A stretch of DNA of 64,000 nt from an uncultured Chloroflexia bacterium (GTDB lineage: Bacteria > Chloroflexota > Limnocylindria > Limnocylindrales > CSP1-4). The stretch is taken from contig CAWDEW010000007.1 in NCBI GenBank assembly GCA_963801445.1, positions 56,692-120,691 on the forward strand. Direction: 5' to 3'. Positions 1-9,537 of this stretch are shown here, in pieces. The notes under the pieces were generated by a model that did no database searches, was not told the DNA's origin, and saw only the letters and a program-made list of their open reading frames with translations. Within the stretch, counting starts at the first letter, position 1, and every line of letters begins with the position of its first letter. The position numbers and the translations under genes are program-made.

Positions 1-393
1 GTCGGGGTGGCCTCCGGGTTCACGGCCGCCCGCCGCCGGGAGCTGGTCGAGGAGCTGGCGCCGCTCCGGGTCGACGCGCTGGCCGGGCATCCCTGGCGCG
101 AATGGGCGACCGCGGAGCAGCCGCCGGGGGCCTCCGGGAGCCGCGTTCCCGGCGTCCAGAGTCGCTGGAACCGCGGCAAGGACCTTTCGTGGGAACCGCT
201 CCGCGTGGAGCGCGTCGTGGAGGTCGCCTACGACCACCTGCAGGGCGACCGGTTCCGCCACGCGACCCAGCTCGTGCGCTGGCGGCCGGACCGCCAGCCC
301 GGCGATTGCCGCTATGACCAGCTCGAGGCGACCGCCCCGTTCGAGCTCGCCGAGATCTTCGGCCAGCCTCCCGGGGATCGAGGGTCGAGGTGA
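1..393 (+). CDS. ligC: ATP-dependent DNA ligase, LigC type (C-terminal part; 5' end outside the window)
   Basis: OB-fold C-terminus typical of LigC: GVASGFT..., SRWNRGKDLSWEPLR, VEVAYDHLQGDRFRH, RWRPDR..CRYDQLE. Confidence 0.85.
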   Translation, partial: VGVASGFTAARRRELVEELAPLRVDALAGHPWREWATAEQPPGASGSRVPGVQSRWNRGKDLSWEPLRVERVVEVAYDHLQGDRFRHATQLVRWRPDRQPGDCRYDQLEATAPFELAEIFGQPPGDRGSR

Positions 394-1820
394 CCGGATC
401 CTGGTCGATGGCCGACGGGCGGGCGGGCCGCTGGCGCCGCGCGTTCGTCGCCGGGCTGGCCATGCTGCTCCTCGGGGGCGGGATCGCCACGGCCGTGGCC
501 GTGGCCAGGCCCGGCGGGCTCGGCGAGCTGGTCGGGGTGGTCCCGTCATCCTCCCCGTCCGCGACGCCCACGGCGAGCGCCGCCAGCGGCGTTCCGGCGT
601 CCGCGTCACCGGCGGCCCCGGCGACCAGTGGTGCCTCGCCCTCCAGCGCTCCGTCGGCCGTCCCGTCCGGGGCGCCCACGGCCGCCCCCTCGACGGAGCC
701 GAGCGCGCCGCCACCGGTCGACGCCGCGACGGCGGCCCGGCTGCAGCGCGCGCTCGAGGCCGTCCGGAAGAGCCTGATCCTGCCGGGCGTCTCGGCGACC
801 GTGATCTTCCCGAACGGCAGCGCCTGGACCGGCGTCGCGGGCTACGCGGTCCCCTCGAAGAAGATCCCGGTCCGGCCGGAGACGCCGTTCGCCCTCGCGA
901 GCGTGACGAAGACGTTCACCGCGGCGCTGATCCTGCGCTTCCAGGACCAGGGCCTGCTCTCGATCGACGACCCGCTCTCACGCTACCTGCCGGACTTCCC
1001 GAACGCCCGGCGGATCACCCTGCGGATGCTCCTCCAGCACACCAGCGGGCTGCCCGACTTCTTCATGAACCCGAAGATCGACGTCGCGCTCCTGAAGAAC
1101 AAGCGGCTGGCCTGGACGCCGGCCATGACGCTGGCCTACGTGCTCAAGCCGGTCGTCGCCCCGGGCAAGGTCTGGTACTACTCGAACACGAACTACGTTC
1201 TCCTCGGCCTGGTCGCGGAGAAGGTCGGGGGCGCCTCGTGGGCGGACCTCGTCCACCGCCAGCTGCTCGACCCGCTCGGGCTCCACGGGATCACCGTGCA
1301 GGGGGTCGATCCGCCCATTGCGCCGCCCGCCCACGCCAACGTGATGTACGTCGGCGCCGGCGGACAGGTCCTGCCCCGGGACCAGACCGATGGCACGGCG
1401 GTCGTGCCCTTCACGTCGGTCGCCACGGCCGCCTGGTCCGCCGGCGTGCTGGCGGCCGATTCCGGCGACCTCGCGCGCTGGGGTCGCGCCCTCTACGGGG
1501 GAACGGTGCTGAGCCCCGTGTCGCGCATCGAGATGCTCACCTTCGACCCCGACATCGCCCGGGCATACGCGACCGCCTACGGCCTCGGGGCCTCCCGGGT
1601 GACGTTCGACGGCCACGTCGCATTCGGGCACACGGGCGCGCTCGCCGGCACCCGCTCCGCGATCCGCTGGTTTCCCCGCGAGAAGCTGACGATCGCGGCG
1701 CTCTTCAACCGCGACGTGTTCCGCGGGGACGACGTGATCCGCGCCCTCGTCCACGCGCTCTATCCGGCCGGGGCGAAGGCCAGCCCGGGTCCGGGACCCG
1801 GCCCGACCGCCAAGCCCTAG
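390..1820 (+). CDS. Membrane-anchored serine hydrolase (beta-lactamase class C / D-Ala-D-Ala carboxypeptidase family)
   Basis: N-terminal TM helix and Ser/Pro/Ala linker; SxxK (ASVTK), YSN (YYSNTNY) and HTG (FGHTG) motifs; GTGA overlap with the ligC stop (ATG at 408 is an alternative start). Confidence 0.85.
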   Translation: MTGSWSMADGRAGRWRRAFVAGLAMLLLGGGIATAVAVARPGGLGELVGVVPSSSPSATPTASAASGVPASASPAAPATSGASPSSAPSAVPSGAPTAAPSTEPSAPPPVDAATAARLQRALEAVRKSLILPGVSATVIFPNGSAWTGVAGYAVPSKKIPVRPETPFALASVTKTFTAALILRFQDQGLLSIDDPLSRYLPDFPNARRITLRMLLQHTSGLPDFFMNPKIDVALLKNKRLAWTPAMTLAYVLKPVVAPGKVWYYSNTNYVLLGLVAEKVGGASWADLVHRQLLDPLGLHGITVQGVDPPIAPPAHANVMYVGAGGQVLPRDQTDGTAVVPFTSVATAAWSAGVLAADSGDLARWGRALYGGTVLSPVSRIEMLTFDPDIARAYATAYGLGASRVTFDGHVAFGHTGALAGTRSAIRWFPREKLTIAALFNRDVFRGDDVIRALVHALYPAGAKASPGPGPGPTAKP

Positions 1821-1941
1821 GCGCGGGGCACCCTCGCCGGGGATCAAGGCGGCCCGAAGTGAGGCTGCGGGCTTCCCGAGTTGGGCACGGGTTGGTAGAG
1901 TCCGGGCGTCCACGTATGGGGACGGGCACTGGGAGGCTTCG

Positions 1942-2808
1942 ATGACCGATCCGCAGGTTCCGTCGGGCGAGCAGCCGGCGATGCCCGCCGCCAGCGAGCA
2001 ACCGACGATGCCCGTTCCACCCCCCGTGCCGCCGCAGCAGGACTGGCCGCAGCCCGCGGCCGCGCCGCAGGCGGAGGGACCCGCCTGGGGCCAGCCCCAG
2101 CCGGCACCCCAGCAGGGCTGGCAGCAGCCGACGCCGCCGGCCGGTCCCGCCTGGGGTCAGCCCGCCCAGCCCGCGCCGCAGCAGTGGCCGCAGCAGGTCC
2201 CCCAGCCCGCGCCGCAGCAGTGGGCCCAGCCGGCGCCCCAGGCGGCACCGCAGCAGTGGCCGCAGCAGGCTCCCCAGCCCGGCTGGGGTCAGCCAGCCCC
2301 GGCGCAGGCGGGCTGGGTGCAGCCGGCCCAGGCGCAGGCGCCCGGCCACTCGATGCTCCGGGTGATCGTCTCGGCGCTGTTCATGCTGGCAGCGGGCGTC
2401 CTGACGCTCGTGCCGGCCGCGGGCTTCGTGATCGGCGGGAACAAGCTGAGCGACTACCTGAACACGGCGCAGTTCGCCAGCGTCGCGGACGCCGTTGGGA
2501 ACGCCCTCGTGGTGGTCGGGGTCGTCATGGGGGTCTGGGCGCTGCTCGAGATCCTGGCCTCGCTCGGGATGTTCATGCGGCGCACGTGGGGCCGCGCCCT
2601 CGGAACGATCGCCGGCCTGTTCGGCGGCCTGTTCATGAGCCTCGTCCTGCTCGGGTCGCTGAGCGCCCTCAATGCCGCTGACACGGTGGGCGCGACGCCA
2701 GGTGTGAGTGGCGTGGTGCTCGTGGCGATCGTTGGCGCGGTATTCGTGGGCTACTGGTTCACCCTCATCGCCTGCATCTCCGGCGGGACGCACTTCCGCC
2801 GAGGCTGA
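1942..2808 (+). CDS. Membrane protein with Pro/Gln/Trp-rich repetitive N-terminus and about 4 TM helices
   Basis: GGAGG RBS; about 130 aa of PQQW/PAWGQP repeats followed by four hydrophobic segments. Confidence 0.75.
   Translation: MTDPQVPSGEQPAMPAASEQPTMPVPPPVPPQQDWPQPAAAPQAEGPAWGQPQPAPQQGWQQPTPPAGPAWGQPAQPAPQQWPQQVPQPAPQQWAQPAPQAAPQQWPQQAPQPGWGQPAPAQAGWVQPAQAQAPGHSMLRVIVSALFMLAAGVLTLVPAAGFVIGGNKLSDYLNTAQFASVADAVGNALVVVGVVMGVWALLEILASLGMFMRRTWGRALGTIAGLFGGLFMSLVLLGSLSALNAADTVGATPGVSGVVLVAIVGAVFVGYWFTLIACISGGTHFRRG
2029..2340 (+). repeat. Imperfect coding tandem repeats (CCGCAGCAGTGG / GCCTGGGGTCAG) encoding P-Q-W units
   Basis: Repeated PQQWxQ and PxWGQP units read directly from the sequence. 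Confidence 0.7.
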
Positions 2809-2847
2809 CGGGGTCCTCCGCGGATCGCCGGCCGATGGTGCGACGGG

Positions 2848-4155
2848 TCACCCGGCCGGCGGGTCGTCCCTGGTCGCGCGCGGCTTCCCGGGCCAGTCCA
2901 GGCCGGCCCACGGGTCGTAGTCGGGGTCGAGCTGCTCCTGCCCAGGTCGCAGCTCCGGCGGCACCTGCTCGAGGTTGACCCGGATGCGGGTCCAGGTCGT
3001 CGATCGGCCACGCATCGCGTCGACGAGGACGTCGGCGGGCCGGAGGTGCGGCCAGACCGCCGGGTGGCGGGCCTTCCAGCGCTCGAGGCCCGCGATGGCG
3101 TCGGCCTGCTTCGCGGCGCGCCCGATCTCGATCAGCGGCTTCGTGGGCATCCGGCGCTTGGATGGCTGGACGCGTGGCGGCTCGTCCAGCGTCCGGGCGT
3201 AGTTCGGCGGCCAGGGCGCGTCCCCCTCGCCCGCCGCCTCGTGGCGGGCCGACAGCTCCAGCAGGCCGTCCAGCGACCCGACTGCCTCGTCGATGCCTTC
3301 CGCGGCATCACCAAGGCGGCTGAACAGCTCGGGCACCGTCCGGACCGTGTAGTCGGCCGGATCGACCTCGGAGACCTCCGGCCACCGGAGGGGCATCGAC
3401 ACGCGCGCGTCCGGCCGGGGCCGGACGGAGTAGGCGGACGCGACCGTGCGGTCCTTGGCGTTCTGGTTGTAGTCGAGGAAGACGCCGTGGCGCTCCTCCT
3501 TCCACCACTTGCTCGTCGCCAGGTCCGGAACGCGCCGTTCCACGTCGCGGGCGAGGGCGAGGGCCGCCCGGCGAACCTCCGGGAAGGTCCAGCGGCGGGC
3601 GATCCGGACGTTGACGTGGATCCCCCGGCTCCCGCTCGTCTTCGGCCAGCCCACCAGGCCGGCATCGGACAGGGCGTCGCGGACGACCAGCGCCACGCGG
3701 CGGATGTCGTCCCAGGGCACGCCGGGGACCGGGTCGAGGTCCACCCGCAGCTCGTCCGGGTGATCGACGTCGTCGGCCCGGACCGGGTGCGGGTTGAGGT
3801 CCAGGCAGCCGAGATTGACGATCCAGGCGAGCTGGGCCGCGTCCTCGATGACGACCTCGTCGGCCGTCCGTCCGCTCGGAAAGGCGAGCTCGACCGTGCG
3901 GATCCAGTCGGGGCGCGACGTCGGGGCGCGCTTCTGGAAGAAGAACTCGCCGCCGGCCCCGTTCGGGTAGCGCTTGAGGGCCATCGGCCGCCCGCCGGCG
4001 CCGCGCAGCGCGCCGTCCGCGACCGCCAGGTAGTAGCGGACCAGCTCCAGCTTCGTGACCGGGCCGCCGACCGCGTCCGGGAAGAACGCCTTCTCCGGGT
4101 TCGTGATGGTCACGTCCCGGCCGGCCACGGTGAGGATCTCGGGCTTGGGCGCCAT
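2848..4155 (-). CDS. LigD-type primase-polymerase domain protein (Prim-PolC-like) with C-terminal extension
   Basis: ITNPEK..TKLELVRYY, KRYPNG..FFQKRAP, DELRVDLDP, KTSGSRGIH, FLDYNQNAKDRTVASAYSVR; ATG at 4155 with TATCCT 7 nt upstream. Confidence 0.9.
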   Translation of the reverse strand: MAPKPEILTVAGRDVTITNPEKAFFPDAVGGPVTKLELVRYYLAVADGALRGAGGRPMALKRYPNGAGGEFFFQKRAPTSRPDWIRTVELAFPSGRTADEVVIEDAAQLAWIVNLGCLDLNPHPVRADDVDHPDELRVDLDPVPGVPWDDIRRVALVVRDALSDAGLVGWPKTSGSRGIHVNVRIARRWTFPEVRRAALALARDVERRVPDLATSKWWKEERHGVFLDYNQNAKDRTVASAYSVRPRPDARVSMPLRWPEVSEVDPADYTVRTVPELFSRLGDAAEGIDEAVGSLDGLLELSARHEAAGEGDAPWPPNYARTLDEPPRVQPSKRRMPTKPLIEIGRAAKQADAIAGLERWKARHPAVWPHLRPADVLVDAMRGRSTTWTRIRVNLEQVPPELRPGQEQLDPDYDPWAGLDWPGKPRATRDDPPAG

Positions 4156-4337
4156 GGAGGGGAGGATACGGGGCCCTGTCGAGAAGGTCCGCGCGGGAGG
4201 CCGCGTGCGCGCCGCTGCGCGCTGGCCGGGTGCGCCCCGGCCCGCGCCGGGCCCGCCGGCGGGACACCTGCCTGCGATCCGCGGCCCGCTCGACGTTTCC
4301 GGCCGGGGCCGCACAATGGCGCCCAGCGCAGGGGCGC

Positions 4338-4364
4338 TGTCGAATCGGGCCGCGCCCGAACGTC
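4338..4364 (+). promoter_or_regulatory. Putative ECF42 target promoter (TGTCGA-N17-CGTC)
   Basis: TGTCGA at 4338-4343 and CGTC at 4361-4364, upstream of the DGPF/ECF42 operon; matches the ECF42 promoter motif as I recall it. Confidence 0.6.
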
Positions 4365-4408
4365 GCATGGTCAGAAGGGGCCACCGCGTCCCGCCCAGGA
4401 GGCCACCG

Positions 4409-4750
4409 ATGAAATACCTGCTCCTGATCTACGGCCCGTACGCGGAGGCGACCGGCATGGAGCCGGATCCTGCCTCGATGGAGCCCTGGAACGCCTACTC
4501 GCAATGGCTCATCGATCGCGGCGTCTTTCGGGGCGGCGAGCAGCTTGCCCCCAGCGCGACCGCGACCACGGTGCGCATCCGGGAGGGCCAGCGGCTCACG
4601 ACCGACGGACCGTTCGCCGAGACGAAGGAGGTCCTCGGCGGCTACTACATGGTCGAATGCGACAACCTCGACCTCGCCCTCGAAGCGGCGGCCCGCTGTC
4701 CCGGCGCGGCGTGGGGCTCCGTCGAGGTCCGGCCGCTGATCGAGATGTGA
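4409..4750 (+). CDS. YciI/DGPF family protein
   Basis: MKYLLLIY..., TDGPFAETKEVLGGYY, VEVRPL; AGGAGG RBS. Confidence 0.92.
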   Translation: MKYLLLIYGPYAEATGMEPDPASMEPWNAYSQWLIDRGVFRGGEQLAPSATATTVRIREGQRLTTDGPFAETKEVLGGYYMVECDNLDLALEAAARCPGAAWGSVEVRPLIEM

Positions 4751-6099
4751 CGGAAGAGGAAGCCCGCCCTGCGGCGCGCGCCGCTGACGCCCTGGCCCCG
4801 GCGCATGCGCCGACGGGTCCGGGAGCTCACGAGGCCGAGGTCCGCGCGCGGGCGGAACGGACCTTTCGCGAGGAGTCTGGCCGCGCTCTCGCGACGCTGA
4901 TCCGCCTGCTCGGCGACTTCGACGCGGCCGAGGAGGCCATCGCCGACGCCTTCGTCGCCGCGCTCGAGACGTGGCCGCGCGACGGCATCCCGTCGAACCC
5001 GGGTGCCTGGATCACGACCACCGCGCGCAACCGGGCGCTTGACCGCGTGCGGCGCGCCCGGCGCCATGCCGAGAAGCTCGTCGAGCTCGAACGCGGGCTC
5101 GCCAACCCCCTGGAGGCCCCCGTGAGGCTGGGATCGGAGAGCCGCCTGGCGGATGATCGCCTCCGCCTGGTCTTCACCTGCTGCCATCCCGCGCTCCCGA
5201 TGGATGCCCGGGTGGCCCTGACCCTGCGAACGCTGGGGGGCCTCACGACGCCGGAGATCGCGCACGCCTTCCTGGTGCCTGAGCCGACGCTGGCCCAGCG
5301 GATCGTCAGGGCCAAGGCGAAGATCCGGGCGGCCCGGATCCCCTACCGGGTGCCGCCGGACGACCTGCTCCCGGAACGGCTGGACGGCGTGCTGGCCGTC
5401 CTCTACCTGGTCTTCAACGAGGGCTACAGCGCCACGGCGGGCGACGCGCTCATCCGCCGGGACCTGTGCGCCGAGGCGATCCGCCTCGCCCGGCTGGTGG
5501 CGGAGCTCATGCCCGAACAACCGGAGGCGACCGGCCTGTTGGCTCTCCAGCTGCTCCAGGACTCGCGCCGGGACGCGCGCGTCAGCCCGGAGGGTGCCCT
5601 GGTCCTGCTCGAGGACCAGGACCGCGGCCGTTGGGACAGGGCCGAGATCGGGGAGGGCCTTGCGCTCGTGGAGCGGGGCTTCGCCAGGCTGGCCGCGGCG
5701 CCGGCCGTCGAGCCCGGCCCCTACCTGCTCCAGGCCGCGATCGCCGCGTGCCACGCGAGGGCAGAGCTGCCGGAGCAGACGGACTGGCGGACGATCGAGC
5801 TCCTCTATGCCGGGCTCGTGGCGGCCGTTCCGACACCCGTCGTGGAGCTGAACCGCGCGGTCGCGGTCGCGATGGCCGACGGGCCCGCGGCGGGGCTGGT
5901 CCTCGTTGAGGCGCTGGCGGCGGAGCATTCCCTGGACGACTACCTGCACTTCCATGCCGCCCGGGCGGACCTGCTGCGTCGCCTCGGACGCAGATCGGAG
6001 GCTGCGGGAGCCTACGAGCGGGCGCTTACCCTCGCCGGGACGGCGCCCGAACGCTCGTTCCTGGAGCGCCGCCTCGGGGAGGTTCGCGCCGCGGGCTGA
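4747..6099 (+). CDS. ECF sigma factor with C-terminal TPR extension (ECF42 group)
   Basis: Sigma2/4 motifs, DDRLRLVFTCCHPAL, YLVFNEGY, GPYLLQAAIAACH, VVELNRAVA; GTG overlaps the DGPF gene stop. Confidence 0.9.
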   Translation: MTEEEARPAARAADALAPAHAPTGPGAHEAEVRARAERTFREESGRALATLIRLLGDFDAAEEAIADAFVAALETWPRDGIPSNPGAWITTTARNRALDRVRRARRHAEKLVELERGLANPLEAPVRLGSESRLADDRLRLVFTCCHPALPMDARVALTLRTLGGLTTPEIAHAFLVPEPTLAQRIVRAKAKIRAARIPYRVPPDDLLPERLDGVLAVLYLVFNEGYSATAGDALIRRDLCAEAIRLARLVAELMPEQPEATGLLALQLLQDSRRDARVSPEGALVLLEDQDRGRWDRAEIGEGLALVERGFARLAAAPAVEPGPYLLQAAIAACHARAELPEQTDWRTIELLYAGLVAAVPTPVVELNRAVAVAMADGPAAGLVLVEALAAEHSLDDYLHFHAARADLLRRLGRRSEAAGAYERALTLAGTAPERSFLERRLGEVRAAG

Positions 6100-6179
6100 C
6101 CGGGTGCAGCGGGCGTGCCGGGCCCGGGGCGGCGCGGATCACGGCGTCGGGCGTCGCCGACCGAGCTCCAGGGCCTGCC

Positions 6180-6728
6180 TCAACCGCAGGTGAAGCTGCC
6201 CCGCACGGACGCTCCGGAAGCCGTCGTGCCGTCGAACGTGCCGCTGCCCAGGTCGGGCGCCAGCGTCACCTGGAGCCCACTGCTGACCACGACCTGGGGC
6301 ACGCCGCCGGTTCGCCAGGTGATGGTCGCGTTGTCGCCGACGAATTGCCCGCCGCCGCGGACCGGCTGGGCATCCGACGGGGCGTAGGGACTGGCGCCGA
6401 CGACGAGGCCGAAGTAGGCGTCCCCGTTCGGTGCACCGATGTTGACCGCGAGCCAGTCGTCGGCGGCATCTCGGGTGCACCACCCACCGCTCCACGTGAT
6501 CGCGGGGGTTCCCTCAAGGCGCGCGCTGGCCGTCCCGCCGGTGAAGCTCGCCCGCGGGATCGGCGAACCCGAGGCCGAGGGCGACGCGGACGCGCCGGGG
6601 CTGGCGCCAGCCGCGCATCCGGCGAGAAGGCTGACCGCCAGCGCGAGCGCGAGGAGTCCGGCGGGGTTGGCGCCCTGGACCGTGCGCCGCGATCGAAGGG
6701 CGGCGAGGCCGACGCGGGAGGGACGGAT
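6180..6728 (-). CDS. Putative lipoprotein (absent from the ORF track; apparent ATC start)
   Basis: Open frame ending SVRGSFTCG-TGA(6180); signal peptide with lipobox LLAGC; GGAGGT 5 nt upstream of an in-frame ATC (6728). Confidence 0.65.
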   Translation of the reverse strand: MRPSRVGLAALRSRRTVQGANPAGLLALALAVSLLAGCAAGASPGASASPSASGSPIPRASFTGGTASARLEGTPAITWSGGWCTRDAADDWLAVNIGAPNGDAYFGLVVGASPYAPSDAQPVRGGGQFVGDNATITWRTGGVPQVVVSSGLQVTLAPDLGSGTFDGTTASGASVRGSFTCG

Positions 6729-6938
6729 CGGGGACCTCCGGGAATGGGGCGGCGCCGGCGGGCGGCGATGCCCGCGATTCTACGCCGAGCGGCGGGCCGC
6801 CCCGTCCGAGGCGCGCGACCGCCAGGCTGCGAGCCGCCGCGAGGCGCATCCCTCCCAGCTCGGCATGCAGCCGCCAGCGGGGATCCTCCCCGGGCTCGCG
6901 AGCGCCCGGTTCCGGCGGACGATCGTCGGCCGACGCAC

Positions 6939-7946
6939 CTACTGGGGCGGCTTGACGGTGATCGGGGCCCCGACGTCCGAGATCGCGTATGTCGCCTGGA
7001 GCGTGTAGGAGTGCCGGACGGCGGTCGAGACGATGCCGATCTCCAGGGCCATCTCGGCGCCGACGGGCACCCCGGCCGAGGTCACCCAGATGTCCATCCG
7101 CGCCCTGTTCAGCTGGGTGCCGGCCGACGAGAGCGCGATCCACCCGGTCACGGGCACCCATGAGCTCGACGTGGCGATATGGTGCAGCCAGACGCCGGCG
7201 CGCTCGACGGGACCGAGGTAGACGAGGGTCGAGGCTCCCTCGAGCAGGAGGAACGGATCAGGATCCGGCAGGAGCCCGGGAGCGAGCGGGGTCTTCTGCC
7301 ACTTCCCACCATCGCGGCGCGACCAGACCCCCGATCCGATCACCCAGATCTCGCGCCCGCTGATCGGCTTCCCGCGGGCCGGCGCCAGGCGGGCCGTCGC
7401 GTCGGAATCGTGGGCCTTCACCGCGGCCCTCATCGTGAACGCGGCGTCGGGGTTGCTGCCGCTGAGGGTGCCGGTCACGGCCACGCGGTACGAGCTCTTC
7501 GGGTTGCCCAGGAAGGCCACGAAGCGATCGAGCACCGTCGGGTCGTCCGGGATCGCCGGCGTTGCGGTCGGCGAGGCGGCCGGCCGATACGCGAGGGGCG
7601 GCGTCGCGACCGGCGCGGCGCCTCCCTGTCCCAGGGCGAAGACGCTGCCGACGATCACGACGACCAGGAGCAGCGCGCCGATCGCGACCAGGGTCGTCGC
7701 CCTTCGTGAGCTGCCCGATCCGGGTTCGGGCGAGACCGGCTCCGCGGTGGCCCAGACCGTGCCCCGGTACTTCTCGGTATACGAGCGCTGCGCCGGCGGT
7801 TCCGCGCCCGGACCCGGGGCGATGGAGGGGCGTGCGCCGCGCGTCGCCGGCGACAGGCCCGCCTGCGGGTGCACCGTCGGGGTGGACGGGGTCGGACGGA
7901 GGGCGGCCGGCGGCTCCGTGTCCCCTGGCTGTGGGGGCTCAACCAT
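6939..7946 (-). CDS. Single-pass membrane protein, Pro-rich N-terminus, beta-rich extracellular domain (LppX/LprAFG-like)
   Basis: One TM helix (TTLVAIGALLLVVVIVGSVFAL); C-terminus ...ATYAISDVGAPITVKPP resembles LolA/LppX-fold ends. Confidence 0.6.
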   Translation of the reverse strand: MVEPPQPGDTEPPAALRPTPSTPTVHPQAGLSPATRGARPSIAPGPGAEPPAQRSYTEKYRGTVWATAEPVSPEPGSGSSRRATTLVAIGALLLVVVIVGSVFALGQGGAAPVATPPLAYRPAASPTATPAIPDDPTVLDRFVAFLGNPKSSYRVAVTGTLSGSNPDAAFTMRAAVKAHDSDATARLAPARGKPISGREIWVIGSGVWSRRDGGKWQKTPLAPGLLPDPDPFLLLEGASTLVYLGPVERAGVWLHHIATSSSWVPVTGWIALSSAGTQLNRARMDIWVTSAGVPVGAEMALEIGIVSTAVRHSYTLQATYAISDVGAPITVKPPQ

Positions 7947-8112
7947 GGGCGGGATCGTGGCGCTTCCCCGCGCGCTCTCCACAGGGCCATTCGTCGCGAC
8001 TCGCTCGGGACCGCGCGGGGGTCCCGGCCCGGTTGCGCGGGGGCGCAGGGGCTGCCACGCTGCCCGTGGGCACCGTGCCATGCGGTGCGCGACACACCGT
8101 TCGAGACCTGCC

Positions 8113-9333
8113 ATGCCCGCCAACGAGCCGCCCGTCCCGCGCCCCCTCCGCCACCGCGGCTACCGCTCCTTCGAGTACCTCCGGCCCGGCGAGGACTACC
8201 GCGCCTACGAGCTCGCGACGGACCTCGACCGCGTCCCGCCGCACATCGTGGACGTGACGCCGGCCGAGGAGGCGCGGGCCATGCGCCTGCTGGCCACGCA
8301 CCCTGCGATCTCGCTCCACGACCACCTGGAGATCGACCCGCGCGATCCCCGCCTGACCGACGAATGGGTCCGCGAGGCGCACATCGCGACGGGCTACGCC
8401 GGTCTCGCCCGGTCCGGCCTCGCGGCCGTCTTCGAGAACTTCGAGGATGGCGTGTCGACGATCACCTCGAAGAGCGGCTGGAAGTGGACGGACGTCGTCC
8501 ACGACCTGGGGATGCGCTTCAGCGACTGGGCCCACCAGGACTTCGTGGTGCGCGCGGAGCGCGTCGCCGACATCCTTGCCGCGTTCGCGAACGGCCAGGT
8601 GGCCGTCGTCGCCGCCCTGGAGGCCGCCACGCCCATCGAGAACGAGCTCGACAGGATCGACGTCCTCTACGGGTTCGGCGTGCGCATGCTGGGGATCGCC
8701 TATAGCGAGAGCAACGCGCTGGGCTCGGGCTGCCGGGAGACGACCGACGGCGGGCTCACCCATTTCGGGCGGCGCGCCGTGGAGCGGATGAACCGGCTGG
8801 GGATCCTGATCGACGTCTCGCACGCGGGCGACCGCACCTCGCTCGAGACGATCGCGGCCAGCCGGGTGCCCGTCTGCATCAGCCACTCCGGCGCGCGCGA
8901 GCTGTGGCCCATCAGCAAGTGCAAGCCGGACGAGGTGATCCGGGCCTGCGCCGAACGGGGCGGGGTGATCGGGATCGAGGCTGCGCCGGGCACGACGATG
9001 GTCCGGCCGGACCTCGTCGAGCATTCCATCGAGAGCGTCATGCGCCACTTCGAGCACTGCGTGGAGCTGGTGGGGATCGACCACGTCACGTTCGGGCCGG
9101 ACACGTTCTTCGGCGACCACGCCGCTTCGTATGCCCTGCCGATGGGCCAGCTCCTGGTCTCCGGCGAGTCCGAGTACGACCGCGTGGTGCCGGATCACGT
9201 GCGCGGGCTGGAGAATATCGGGGACTTCCCCAACGTCGTCCGCTGGCTCGTGAAGCACGGCTACGAGGACGCCGAGATCGCGAAGGCGATCGGCGGCAAC
9301 GCGCTCCGGGTGCTGGGGGATGCCTGGGCCTGA
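8113..9333 (+). CDS. Membrane dipeptidase (peptidase M19)
   Basis: SLHDH, EAATPIENELD, DGGLTHFGRRAVERMNRLGILIDVSH, ISHSGAR, GIDHVTFGPD, GGNALRV. Confidence 0.9.
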   Translation: MPANEPPVPRPLRHRGYRSFEYLRPGEDYRAYELATDLDRVPPHIVDVTPAEEARAMRLLATHPAISLHDHLEIDPRDPRLTDEWVREAHIATGYAGLARSGLAAVFENFEDGVSTITSKSGWKWTDVVHDLGMRFSDWAHQDFVVRAERVADILAAFANGQVAVVAALEAATPIENELDRIDVLYGFGVRMLGIAYSESNALGSGCRETTDGGLTHFGRRAVERMNRLGILIDVSHAGDRTSLETIAASRVPVCISHSGARELWPISKCKPDEVIRACAERGGVIGIEAAPGTTMVRPDLVEHSIESVMRHFEHCVELVGIDHVTFGPDTFFGDHAASYALPMGQLLVSGESEYDRVVPDHVRGLENIGDFPNVVRWLVKHGYEDAEIAKAIGGNALRVLGDAWA

Positions 9334-9537
9334 GCGATCGGGCCCTCCCCCGACGGGCTGCCCGCACCGCTCGTCGCGATTCCGGTTGCGTTCGCCTCGG
9401 GGAACGCCGACACTGCGCACACCGGCGGGGCGCCGGGGTGCTCGCCCGAGGATGGGAAGCTCGCCGGCCGCGGCAGGCCGGAGCGAGCTCGCATCCGCCC
9501 AATCGGTCGTCCACGGAGTCAGAGGGAGCCGCTCCGC

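Noticed and set aside
390-1820. Bona fide beta-lactam resistance gene
   Set aside because: Motifs place it only in the broad serine hydrolase family; the membrane anchor and HTG triad fit a peptidase or esterase equally well
2029-2340. Resemblance of WGQP units to prion-protein octarepeats (Cu binding)
   Set aside because: No His or Gly runs in the repeats; the similarity is only compositional
3046-6099. 1017-aa ORF, and other long ORFs such as 49824-53288, 51257-54136, 7939-10587 and 19084-21999
   Set aside because: Stop-poor shadow or antisense frames typical of about 74% GC DNA; where real at all, only the 3' parts are genes with downstream starts
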